The notes under the pieces are model-generated. The model had not been told where the DNA came from, made no database searches, and was given only the letters and a program-made list of their open reading frames with translations. Below, piece after piece: positions 1 to 9,743 of a DNA stretch of 64,000 nt; position 1 is the stretch's first letter; each line of letters opens with the position of its first letter. The position numbers were made by a program, and so were the translations under genes. Source of the stretch: an uncultured Alphaproteobacteria bacterium (lineage in GTDB: Bacteria; Pseudomonadota; Alphaproteobacteria; RF32; CAG-239). The stretch spans positions 21-64,020 of the forward strand of contig CAKQRB010000021.1 in the NCBI GenBank assembly GCA_934271195.1. The letters are read 5' to 3'.

Positions 1-60
1 TTAACTTTGGGCTGAAAGCTTAGAAAATGAGGTTGGGCTTGACTTTTGCTTACTTTTGGT

Positions 61-1465
<1,405 letters not shown>

Positions 1466-1467
1466 AA

Positions 1468-2412
1468 ATGACAGAACATTGTCAGGATCAGCAGTTTATA
1501 AACAATTTTTTGAAAGAAAACCGCCAAGAGGGGTTGCGCGTATTTGTAGCCGGCGGCAGCCGCTCGGGTACGGAACCGGTTTATGTTGAAGAAGCATATA
1601 ACCTCGGCAGTAAAATTGTCAAACTCGGCTTCAAGTTGGATTTCGGAGTTTCCAATTCCGGTATTATGGGAGCGGTTGCCCGCGGCGTTTTGGACGGCTG
1701 GAACAAAAAGAAAAATGCCGACGGCGTCAAAAGCCCGATTCAGGGCGTGACGACCGAGGCCTATTATGAATTGTATCCCAAAGATGATGAGCTTATCTGC
1801 CAGATTGACAACCTGATTTTTGCCAAAACGCTGGAAGAACGCAAACAAAAACTCCTGAATGCCGACTTTGTGGTTTTTGCCCCCGGCGGTGTCGGAACTT
1901 TGGACGAGCTGGCTTATGATTGTGTAGCCATGCAGGACGGATTTTTAGACTTCAAACCGTTTATTTTTTATAATATCGACGGTTATTTTCATCATATTAT
2001 GGAATATCTCAAGGAGATTGCGCTGAAAGGATTTGCCGACCCGATGCCTTTTATCGTGGTTGATAACAGCGAAGAGATCGGCATTGTCATGCGGTTGATA
2101 AAGCAGCGTTATACGCATAAAATGAACGGCAAAGAGGCTTATGTCAAAGTCCGTGAGCTGATTTATGACCTGCCGTATTTCATCAAGAAAAAAACGGACG
2201 ACAGTATTTTTGTTGAAGATATTGACGCCGAAATTGTCCGTATCCGCACATTAGGCAGTCCGGAAGAGAAGCAGGAGCTGGAAGCCGCTGTCGAACAGGC
2301 CTATCTTGAAAAGGAAATTGAGCGAATGTACGAGCGCCTTGCCAAAACCGGCCGCGATACCTCGGTTGTCAGCGACAAACTGACCAAGCTTAAAAAACGC
2401 CGCAAAAAATAA
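1468..2412 (+). CDS. LOG/TIGR00730-family protein (nucleotide 5'-monophosphate nucleosidase-like) with a charged C-terminal coiled-coil extension
   Basis: PGGVGTLDE motif and Rossmann-like N-terminus. GGAG RBS. Starts 3 nt after the tgt stop. Confidence 0.75.
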   Translation: MTEHCQDQQFINNFLKENRQEGLRVFVAGGSRSGTEPVYVEEAYNLGSKIVKLGFKLDFGVSNSGIMGAVARGVLDGWNKKKNADGVKSPIQGVTTEAYYELYPKDDELICQIDNLIFAKTLEERKQKLLNADFVVFAPGGVGTLDELAYDCVAMQDGFLDFKPFIFYNIDGYFHHIMEYLKEIALKGFADPMPFIVVDNSEEIGIVMRLIKQRYTHKMNGKEAYVKVRELIYDLPYFIKKKTDDSIFVEDIDAEIVRIRTLGSPEEKQELEAAVEQAYLEKEIERMYERLAKTGRDTSVVSDKLTKLKKRRKK

Positions 2413-2420
2413 GCCGGTTT

Positions 2421-3044
2421 TTAAGCTTTTGACAAAAGATTGAGCGCCTTGTCTCTTTCCTGCGGATAGCGCTTGCGGATAATGTTGTCCCTTTCTTTTG
2501 GAGCCATTTTTGTCAGCGCTGAAACATAAGCAATGCGGGCATCATACAACCGGTTGATAATCTCTCGGTCAGAACAGGATGAAACGTCTGTTCCGAGTGC
2601 TTTTTGGACAATCAGAGCTGCCCGCCCGTGCTGAACGGCCATGGAATACAGCACGTCTTTCAGGACAGGGTGCCTTTCTTCCGGATTAAGCCCTTTTATC
2701 ATGCCGATTTTTTTGAACAGCGGCCGGAGTTTCTGCTCAATAATAAAATCGTGCTGAGCCTGTACAAAATCTTCCTCTCTGGCAAGAGTTTGCCAAGCGT
2801 GCTCAAATGCTGCCGTTTTGTTGACGGCGCCGGTATGTCCGCCGGCATTTTGTAAAGCAGAGGCGTAAGTGATATAGCGGTCACAAGAGCTGAGAAATTT
2901 CAAAAAGTCTTTCATTGTGCCTTGCTTGGTTTCAATTTGATAAGTTCCGTAACTGTAACCGCCGGTCGTGTCATAACCGATTGCCGCCGGATTGCCGTTT
3001 GACTCAAAAGAAGAACTCAATGTGCCGAGTTTGTAAGATGTCAT
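2421..3044 (-). CDS. Lysozyme-like superfamily protein (putative peptidoglycan hydrolase/toxin), no signal peptide
   Basis: N-terminal FESNGNPAAIGYDTTGGYSYGTYQI resembles the catalytic Glu plus D..GG.S.G / G.YQ pattern of SLT/GH24/GH108-type lysozymes. Start moved to ATG 3044, which has the GGAGAAAA RBS of the conserved 49-bp module. Confidence 0.5.
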   Translation of the reverse strand: MTSYKLGTLSSSFESNGNPAAIGYDTTGGYSYGTYQIETKQGTMKDFLKFLSSCDRYITYASALQNAGGHTGAVNKTAAFEHAWQTLAREEDFVQAQHDFIIEQKLRPLFKKIGMIKGLNPEERHPVLKDVLYSMAVQHGRAALIVQKALGTDVSSCSDREIINRLYDARIAYVSALTKMAPKERDNIIRKRYPQERDKALNLLSKA

Positions 3045-3046
3045 GA

Positions 3047-3095
3047 TTTTCTCCATAAAAAAAGGCTCCTGCCGTTAAGCAGAAGCCGGATTAAA
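3047..3095 (-). repeat. 49-bp leader module, copy A: terminator-like hairpin + U7 + SD
   Basis: Identical at all 49 positions to 4620-4668. The minus strand reads TTTAATCCGGCTTCTGCTTAACGGCAGGAGCCTTTTTTTATGGAGAAAA (9-bp stem, U7, then GGAG). Confidence 0.85.
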
Positions 3096-3120
3096 AAATG
3101 CCCCGAATAAGATCCGGGGC
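3093..3120 (-). terminator. Intrinsic terminator immediately upstream of module A
   Basis: Minus strand reads GCCCCG-GATCTTATT-CGGGGC followed by ATTTTTT. Confidence 0.6.
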
Positions 3121-3217
3121 GGTTATCTTGTTATTTATAAACAGATTATAATTACATTGTCTTGTAAAATAATACATTATTATAAGCTAAAGCGCTCATA
3201 TACAGGGAGGAATGTAT

Positions 3218-3541
3218 TTATCCAAGCATAAAAATTTTAGGGTAAAAATACAATATGATGATATAATTTAATACAGCGATAACAAAACAAGAAATTAAAA
3301 AAGCCTTTTGGCTCATTTTATGATCAATAAAAAATATCGAACATGCAGCAAGACTATAGACATAAAACCACCATGGAAAAAAATGAGGAAAAAAAATGAA
3401 GTGTATTAATGTTATATAGCTGATAATGGCAATGCCGGTTATAAAATACATTGTAATATTTACAAAAAACATGCCTAAGAATAACGAAATATCCTTAATA
3501 TAACCCCATATTGTATCAGGTGGCTGCTTTATAATTTTCAT
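3218..3541 (-). CDS. Small polytopic membrane protein (3-4 TM), putative immunity protein
   Basis: Start moved to ATG 3541 (GGAGAAAGTA RBS). Strongly hydrophobic F/I/Y-rich sequence. Lies in the AT-rich patch. Confidence 0.6.
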   Translation of the reverse strand: MKIIKQPPDTIWGYIKDISLFLGMFFVNITMYFITGIAIISYITLIHFIFFPHFFPWWFYVYSLAACSIFFIDHKMSQKAFLISCFVIAVLNYIIILYFYPKIFMLG

Positions 3542-3606
3542 TACTTTCTCCTCAGTTACTATGCGTAATAATGCAATAATACCAAATGACAATTAAAGTT
3601 TGTTTT

Positions 3607-3918
3607 TTAATAACAAATATTAAATCCGTCGCAAAGAGTTTTTGTAATCTCTCCCGGATAGCAAAAGACTAGAATCCAATGATTGATAAAAGCATAGATA
3701 CTTAACATCAAATACCAAGTCTTATTTATGCCATTTTTGTTTCTGTATATAACCAATCCCCCAATAGTAGTGGCAAAATATATAAACAGAACAGAGAAAA
3801 ACGATTGGGAAAAAATGATTAAACGGGATAATATATAAAATTCTAATAATAAATAGCATTGCAATAGGGCAATGGATAGCCCCCATATTTCAGAACAAAC
3901 TTTTTTTATCCGAGACAT
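3607..3918 (-). CDS. Small polytopic membrane protein (3-4 TM), putative immunity protein
   Basis: Start moved to ATG 3918 (GGGAAGAAATATT RBS). Size and architecture match the neighbour at 3218..3541. Confidence 0.6.
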   Translation of the reverse strand: MSRIKKVCSEIWGLSIALLQCYLLLEFYILSRLIIFSQSFFSVLFIYFATTIGGLVIYRNKNGINKTWYLMLSIYAFINHWILVFCYPGEITKTLCDGFNICY

Positions 3919-3952
3919 AATATTTCTTCCCAAACTTTTTATTTATAAAAAG

Positions 3953-3980
3953 ATTATAATTGTATTGTTATATAAATCAA
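3953..3980 (-). promoter_or_regulatory. Sigma70-like promoter for the two membrane-protein genes
   Basis: Minus strand reads TTGATT-16 nt-TATAAT. The -35 box overlaps the stop codon of the 3977..4615 gene. Confidence 0.5.
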
Positions 3981-4615
3981 TAGTTATAATCACTGTCACC
4001 GTCTTGCCAGAAAGAAGATAGCGCATTATTAAGAGATGAGTCTGCAATGCCTTCGCCAATTTCTTTTAGTAATTTTCTTGCATTTGCAGGAATATGAGGG
4101 TTTGAAGCTAACGTTGCGACACCTTTAATTTGAGGTAGTTTTTGGATGCCCCAATTAGCCGCCCCGGCACTGGCAGCGCCAATGACAGTGCTTTTCAGAT
4201 GAGAAGATATATCTTTTTCTCCTGTTCCCAAACCGGCGACGGTTCCAAGGCCTATAGGTTCCAATCTTCCTAAAGCGGCTATTCGTGCCGGACTGTAATA
4301 TGCTCCGATGAATTCGGATAAAGCCGTTGATATCGGATAATTATCATTGCACCAGTTTAAATGATTGCGATTCAAGTCTCGTGCTGTTTGGTAATTTTGG
4401 CTGACAGACGGAAACGGATTTTTCAGTTCACTGACATCATCCAACGCTTTACCGGTTGCATATCCTGCACCGACTATTTCGTCTCCCCAGCCCAAAGTAT
4501 ATCCTTGGTATCCGCCGTCGGCAATGCAGCCGATTCTGTTGAAAGCTTTATTTTTTAGAGTATTTTCCTGCGAATAGTAATTTCCTCTAAGTAATTTTCC
4601 GATAGATTTTGACAT
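3977..4615 (-). CDS. Hypothetical Gly-zipper protein (putative membrane-active toxin), no signal peptide
   Basis: 212-aa ORF with the GGAGAAAACATT RBS of the conserved module. Contains G/A-rich hydrophobic stretches (IGLGTVAGLGTGEKD, VIGAASAGAANWG). Confidence 0.6.
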   Translation of the reverse strand: MSKSIGKLLRGNYYSQENTLKNKAFNRIGCIADGGYQGYTLGWGDEIVGAGYATGKALDDVSELKNPFPSVSQNYQTARDLNRNHLNWCNDNYPISTALSEFIGAYYSPARIAALGRLEPIGLGTVAGLGTGEKDISSHLKSTVIGAASAGAANWGIQKLPQIKGVATLASNPHIPANARKLLKEIGEGIADSSLNNALSSFWQDGDSDYNY

Positions 4616-4619
4616 AATG

Positions 4620-4668
4620 TTTTCTCCATAAAAAAAGGCTCCTGCCGTTAAGCAGAAGCCGGATTAAA
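4620..4668 (-). repeat. 49-bp leader module, copy B
   Basis: Identical to 3047-3095. Confidence 0.85.
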
Positions 4669-4690
4669 TAAAAAAACGGTTACTGAAAAT

Positions 4691-4726
4691 AAAAACAAAA
4701 AAAAGCCGATGCAACCACATCGGCTT
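4691..4726 (-). terminator. Intrinsic terminator upstream of module B
   Basis: Minus strand reads AAGCCGATG-TGGTTG-CATCGGCTT followed by TTTTTTGTTTTTATTTT. Confidence 0.65.
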
Positions 4727-4813
4727 ACGGTGCACACACTTACACACCATAATAAAACTAATAACGTACAGTGACACTCATGTCAATATGGCTGTCAGAT
4801 ATATGTGGATAAA

Positions 4814-4853
4814 GCAAAAAAGACAAAGCCCCGTATCAGTCACGATACAGAGC
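4814..4853 (-). terminator. Intrinsic terminator of the 4867..5355 gene
   Basis: Minus strand has a 10-bp stem (GCTCTGTATC / GATACGGGGC, with G-U pairs) followed by TTTGTCTTTTTTGC. Confidence 0.6.
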
Positions 4854-4866
4854 TTTTGTTTAATCC

Positions 4867-5355
4867 TTATCGGTATTTCAATAATGTATACCCGTAATGC
4901 TTAATCTTTTTTTCTGCTTCTTCAAAACTGCATAATCCCAGATTAACCGCTTGCAAAACAGCCGCTTCGTCAACCAGCTTTAACTTCAGCATTACCGGCA
5001 GAACCTTGTCTTCCATTTTTGGATACCATTTCAGCATTGTGGCAAAAGCTCGCAGGGGTTTATCCGGCTTGGTCAGTGAGGCGCATTCCCAGTCAATGAC
5101 CATCTCCCGATAATCCTTTTCGTTCTGGCAATGCTTTCCTTCATATTCGGTATGATGCCGCGAGTGCCGGCGGTGAATCCCCTGAACCTCTTCCACGTCC
5201 AGCCACGGAAGCCAGTATAAAAACAGCTTGTCCAGATCATGCCTCAGGCCTTTGAACGTGTTATGTCCCAAAACCTTTTTTTCAATTTTCAAAAAAGCCA
5301 GCTTGTGCCGCCAGGTGTACAAAAAATAATCAACGCGAATTGCTATAGAACTCAT
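4867..5355 (-). CDS. Hypothetical protein, possibly HD-like (DUF5662-like)
   Basis: 162-aa ORF with His/Asp-rich motifs (RHDLDK, HRRHSRHH). The family assignment is weak. Confidence 0.45.
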   Translation of the reverse strand: MSSIAIRVDYFLYTWRHKLAFLKIEKKVLGHNTFKGLRHDLDKLFLYWLPWLDVEEVQGIHRRHSRHHTEYEGKHCQNEKDYREMVIDWECASLTKPDKPLRAFATMLKWYPKMEDKVLPVMLKLKLVDEAAVLQAVNLGLCSFEEAEKKIKHYGYTLLKYR

Positions 5356-5493
5356 AAATTAAAATAAAACATACATATTCAATAACGCAATATCCTATTG
5401 CAAAATTTTGTCAATTTGCGGCTTAAGAAAGGCTTTGGCTTTTTTTATATTTTATGCTAAACTGACACTGTTTTTTTACAGGCGGAGATAAAT

Positions 5494-7251
5494 ATGGAAA
5501 CCGGCGTTACCAGATTTTTATGGAAATATACCAAAAAGCTTAAATTATGGTGCTTTCTGGTCGTTCTGACTTTTGCATTGGCAACAGTGCTGGGCAGAAT
5601 GTTTAACTATTTCAGCGCCCGAATGGTAGACCTGATTGCTTCTGCGCCGGCAGATTCTCAAACCATGCGCACGCTGCTTCTCCTCAGCGGCGGAATTTTT
5701 GCCGCCATCTCCCTCCAAAGTCTGGTTGAAATTGCGCAACGCCTGATAAACGTGCGTTTTATGCCTTACTATCTGAGCAAAGTTTCACGCGATTTGTTCA
5801 GCCATGCCCATAAACATTCTTCTTCCTTTTTTGCAGAAGAAATGGCCGGAAATATCGCCGGCAAAATCAAAAATATCATCAATAATACCGAGCAGGCTTA
5901 TTTTCATATTCTCTACGGCCTGCTGTCGCCGGTTTTGAGCTTTGTCATCAATATTGTGTTTATCTATACGGTCAACGTCGAACTTGCGCTGTGTTTTACG
6001 GTTGTCACGCTGCTTTTTGCCGCACTGATGATCTGGCTCAAACGCAAACTTATACCGTTTTCCGAGCGCAAAAACAAACTGAGTTCGGAATCTACGGGTG
6101 TCATGGTTGACAGCATTACCAACTCCGATTTGGTTAAAAACTTTAGCAATTATCTTTATGAAAAACACCGCTATTACAGTTCCGTCAATAAGATGATGAA
6201 AGCCCTGCGGACGGAAGAACTGAAGTCCTCGCGCATAGATTATGCCGTCAAGGTCGCGTTTGATATCATGACGGTCAGTTTTATCCTGCTGGTTTTTTAT
6301 TATTGGTATGCCCAAAACATCAGCGTCGGCGGTGTTGTGTTGGTTTTGTCACTCATCAGTTCGATGATTCACGTCGTGGCCAATATCAGTATGTTTACCA
6401 CTCGCTTTGTTCAAGTAGTCGGCGGCATTCGCGACGGCCTGAAACTTCTGGCCAAACCCTGCGAGGTCACGGATAAAGCCGGTGCCAAAAGCATTAATGT
6501 CGGCAAGGCCGATATCCGGATTTGTAATTTGAACTATCACTATAAAGAAGCCAATGCTTTGTTTAAAGACTTTTCCCTGCATATTAAGGCCGGTGAAAAA
6601 ATCGGGCTGGTCGGCCATTCCGGATCGGGAAAATCCACGCTTGTCCGGCTGCTGTCGCGCTACTATGACGTTCAGTCCGGTGAGATTCTGATTGACGGGC
6701 AAAATATTGCCGATGTAACGCAGTCCTCGCTGCGCCGCAATATTGCCCTGATTCCGCAAGACCCGAGCCTGTTCCACCGCAGTATCATGGAAAACATCCG
6801 CTATGGCCGGCTTTCGGCTACGGATGAGGAAGTTTACGAGGCTGCACGTCAGGCTTTTTGCCATGATTTTATCTTAAAAATGCCACAGGGCTATGGCAGC
6901 AAAGTCGGCGAGCGCGGCGTTATGCTCTCCGGCGGCGAGAGGCAGAGAATAGCCATTGCGCGGGCAATTTTGAAAAACGCCCCGATTTTGATTCTGGACG
7001 AGGCCACCTCGGCGCTGGACAGTGAGAGCGAACATTGTATTCAAGAATCTTTAAGAAAGCTGATGAAAGGCAAAACCGTCATTGCCGTTGCGCACCGTCT
7101 GTCCACGTTGAAAGAAATGGATCGTATTATTGTTATGGACAACGGCAAAATCATAGAAGAGGGAACGCATCCGGCGCTGATTCGTAAAAAAGGCGCTTAT
7201 TACGGATTTTATAATATGCAGGTTTCCGGTTTTGTGCAGGAGGCTCAATAG
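5494..7251 (+). CDS. ABC exporter, fused permease/ATPase (MsbA-like)
   Basis: Six-TM domain plus an NBD with Walker A GHSGSGKST, signature LSGGERQR and Walker B ILILDEATSALD. Confidence 0.9.
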   Translation: METGVTRFLWKYTKKLKLWCFLVVLTFALATVLGRMFNYFSARMVDLIASAPADSQTMRTLLLLSGGIFAAISLQSLVEIAQRLINVRFMPYYLSKVSRDLFSHAHKHSSSFFAEEMAGNIAGKIKNIINNTEQAYFHILYGLLSPVLSFVINIVFIYTVNVELALCFTVVTLLFAALMIWLKRKLIPFSERKNKLSSESTGVMVDSITNSDLVKNFSNYLYEKHRYYSSVNKMMKALRTEELKSSRIDYAVKVAFDIMTVSFILLVFYYWYAQNISVGGVVLVLSLISSMIHVVANISMFTTRFVQVVGGIRDGLKLLAKPCEVTDKAGAKSINVGKADIRICNLNYHYKEANALFKDFSLHIKAGEKIGLVGHSGSGKSTLVRLLSRYYDVQSGEILIDGQNIADVTQSSLRRNIALIPQDPSLFHRSIMENIRYGRLSATDEEVYEAARQAFCHDFILKMPQGYGSKVGERGVMLSGGERQRIAIARAILKNAPILILDEATSALDSESEHCIQESLRKLMKGKTVIAVAHRLSTLKEMDRIIVMDNGKIIEEGTHPALIRKKGAYYGFYNMQVSGFVQEAQ

Positions 7252-7313
7252 TTTTTTAACAAAATTGCGCTATATTGTCTTAAACTGAAACGATAATAAT
7301 CCGGAGTTGTGCT

Positions 7314-8390
7314 ATGCGCGAGAAGTTAAAATTTGTTTGGGAGGCAGTTTGCTATGCTTTTTCAGGTCTCTCCAAAGCGTTGAAACCTGTTATGATGCGG
7401 CTTTGTGATCTGCGGGAAAAACTGTCCGCCGCTTACTATAAGAAAACTGAACTGCATTTAACCCTGCATGGCCGATTGCGCGAACAGATTATATCTGGGA
7501 AGCTGCTCCTTGTTGCGCGTATTTTTCTGATCTTTTTTATGATTGCGCAGGCCTTTGCCGTCTATTACGTCATTCCGCGTATGAATGTTCTGATCGCCAT
7601 GCTGATTTTATATCTCCCGCTGTCTATCTTGGTTATTCGCGGCTATCGTCTGGCTTTGTTGCTGGTGATTCCTATTTCTTTTTATATTATGGTACGCTAT
7701 CAGCTGCAAAATTACGTGACCATAACGGTCGGCTCGTCCTGTACCCTGCTTTTGCTGCTGCTGGGATATTTTAACTTTAAGTTGGAAAACACCAAAAGCC
7801 TGTTGCAGCGACAGGGGCTTCTGCCCAAACCGGAAGGGACATTCTGGCGCGATTTTGCATTTTCTTTGCTGTTGTTCGGCATTTTGAACGTCTATACCAC
7901 ATTATATAACAATATGCAGGAAAAAGCCCATAAAGAGGCTCTCGAACAGGCGCATAAAAAACTGATGGAAGCTGCCGGCTATGTTGTCTATCACCAGCGG
8001 GCATACAGCGATTATTGCAAAAAAGAAGGTTGGCAGGTCAAGCTTTATCCACAGGCTTTCAATGACAAGTTTGCCGCCGAAGTCAAAAATATAGAAATCA
8101 AATTGTCCGAGCAGCAAACCAGCCTGAAGAAAATTTATGACAATGCCCGCGGCACCAATTGGTCAAAAACTTTGCGTCAGGTAGTCGAAGAAATTAATAA
8201 CATTCGTGAAGACGCTATCATCCGCCGCTTTGCCAAAGAACTCAAACTCCCTGTGGCCGAAGTCAGGATGACCTCGGAAATGGACGATACCATGACCATG
8301 AAAGAGGCCTGCAAACTGTTTGATGAAGAACACGACAAATATCTTGCCGCCGATCGTCCGGAATTCGGGGTTATTTCTATGTTTAAGTAA
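7314..8390 (+). CDS. Hypothetical membrane protein with a soluble C-terminal domain
   Basis: 358-aa ORF with a GGAG RBS. Several N-terminal TM helices. No family recognised. Confidence 0.6.
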   Translation: MREKLKFVWEAVCYAFSGLSKALKPVMMRLCDLREKLSAAYYKKTELHLTLHGRLREQIISGKLLLVARIFLIFFMIAQAFAVYYVIPRMNVLIAMLILYLPLSILVIRGYRLALLLVIPISFYIMVRYQLQNYVTITVGSSCTLLLLLLGYFNFKLENTKSLLQRQGLLPKPEGTFWRDFAFSLLLFGILNVYTTLYNNMQEKAHKEALEQAHKKLMEAAGYVVYHQRAYSDYCKKEGWQVKLYPQAFNDKFAAEVKNIEIKLSEQQTSLKKIYDNARGTNWSKTLRQVVEEINNIREDAIIRRFAKELKLPVAEVRMTSEMDDTMTMKEACKLFDEEHDKYLAADRPEFGVISMFK

Positions 8391-8399
8391 GGGGGAACA

Positions 8400-9626
8400 A
8401 TGCTGAACTTTATCTGGGCCGGATTTTTTTTGGCAGCCTTTGCCGCGGCATTATACCAAAGCCTGTGGCTGGGTAACTGGGCAATCTGGACAGATTTGGT
8501 CACGGCGGTTTTTTCTTCTTCTAAAAACGCTTTCAGTATTTCTTTAAACCTGACCGGCATTTTGTGTCTTTGGCTCGGTTTGCTGAAAATTGCTGAGAAA
8601 GCCGGTATGACCGAGGCTTTGGCCCGTCTGCTGCAACCGCTGTTCCGACGGATACTGCCGGAAGTTCCGGCCAATCATCCTGCCTTGTCGTCAATAGTCA
8701 TGAACATGGCGGCCAATGTGCTCGGACTTGATAATGCCGCCACGCCGATGGGGTTGAAGGCTATGGAGCAATTACAAAGCCTGAACCCGCATAAAGACCG
8801 CGCCAGCAATGCGCAGGTACTGTTTATGGTCATTAACGCTTCGGCGGTAACGCTGATTCCCATTACGATTTTAATGTATCGCTCCGAATTGGGGGCCGCT
8901 AATCCGACGGCTGTTTTTATGCCGATATTGTTTGCAACCTCCGTATCGACGCTTGTTGGTTTTTTGAGTGTGGCCTATGTGCAAAAACTGAAAATATTTA
9001 ATCCGGTCGTTGCCGCTTATCTTGGCAGTTTTGCCGTTTTTATCGGTGCTGTCGCGTGGTATTTTAACAGTCTGCCGGAAAGTTCCAGATTGCAGAATTC
9101 CTCCGCTTGGGGTAATTTTATCTTGTTCGGATTTATTATCCTGTTTATTACCGCCGGCCTGATAAAAAAGCTCAATGTTTATGAAAACTTTATCATCGGC
9201 GCCAAAGAAGGCTTTGATATTGCCGTCAGAATAATCCCTTATCTGGTGGCTATGCTGGTGGCTGTTGCGGTTTTGCGCGCCGGCGGCGTACTGGATATGA
9301 TTGTGCTTGGTTTTGAAAAATTCTTTAGTGCGCTGGGTTGGAATACAGATTTTGTTAAAGCTCTGCCGACAGCCTTGTTAAAACCGTTGTCCGGCAGCGG
9401 AGCGAGAGCCATGATGATAGAAACAATGCAGACTTATGGAGCTGACAGCTTTCCTGCCTTTGTTGCATCAGTTGTTCAGGGTTCAACTGAAACTACTTTT
9501 TATGTCTTGGCAGTTTATTTCGGCGCCGTAAAAATCAGCAAAGTCGGTGCCGCCCTGCCTTGCGCTTTGCTGGCCGACTTTGCCGGAATTGTCGCCGCCG
9601 TTTATTTTTCTTATCTGTTCTTTTAG
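8400..9626 (+). CDS. Nucleoside-recognition (Gate) domain membrane protein, SpmA/SpmB-like fusion
   Basis: 408 aa, about 10 TM, GGGGGAACA RBS. The overall pattern resembles spore-maturation SpmA/B-type transport proteins. Confidence 0.65.
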   Translation: MLNFIWAGFFLAAFAAALYQSLWLGNWAIWTDLVTAVFSSSKNAFSISLNLTGILCLWLGLLKIAEKAGMTEALARLLQPLFRRILPEVPANHPALSSIVMNMAANVLGLDNAATPMGLKAMEQLQSLNPHKDRASNAQVLFMVINASAVTLIPITILMYRSELGAANPTAVFMPILFATSVSTLVGFLSVAYVQKLKIFNPVVAAYLGSFAVFIGAVAWYFNSLPESSRLQNSSAWGNFILFGFIILFITAGLIKKLNVYENFIIGAKEGFDIAVRIIPYLVAMLVAVAVLRAGGVLDMIVLGFEKFFSALGWNTDFVKALPTALLKPLSGSGARAMMIETMQTYGADSFPAFVASVVQGSTETTFYVLAVYFGAVKISKVGAALPCALLADFAGIVAAVYFSYLFF

Positions 9627-9743
9627 CAACACGAACTGCTCATGCTCTGACGGGCCGCATGGCAGGCTCCCAAGCCATTATAGCCGCCGCTGGCATCACG
9701 GATAAGTTTCCCATGACTCATCTGCTGGGTTTGTTTTTTTGTT

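Noticed and set aside
1-12. 12-mer TTAACTTTGGG(C/T) shared between the window start and 31054, as part of the repeat family.
   Set aside because: A single 11-12-nt match is expected by chance many times in 64 kb, and the flanks do not align.
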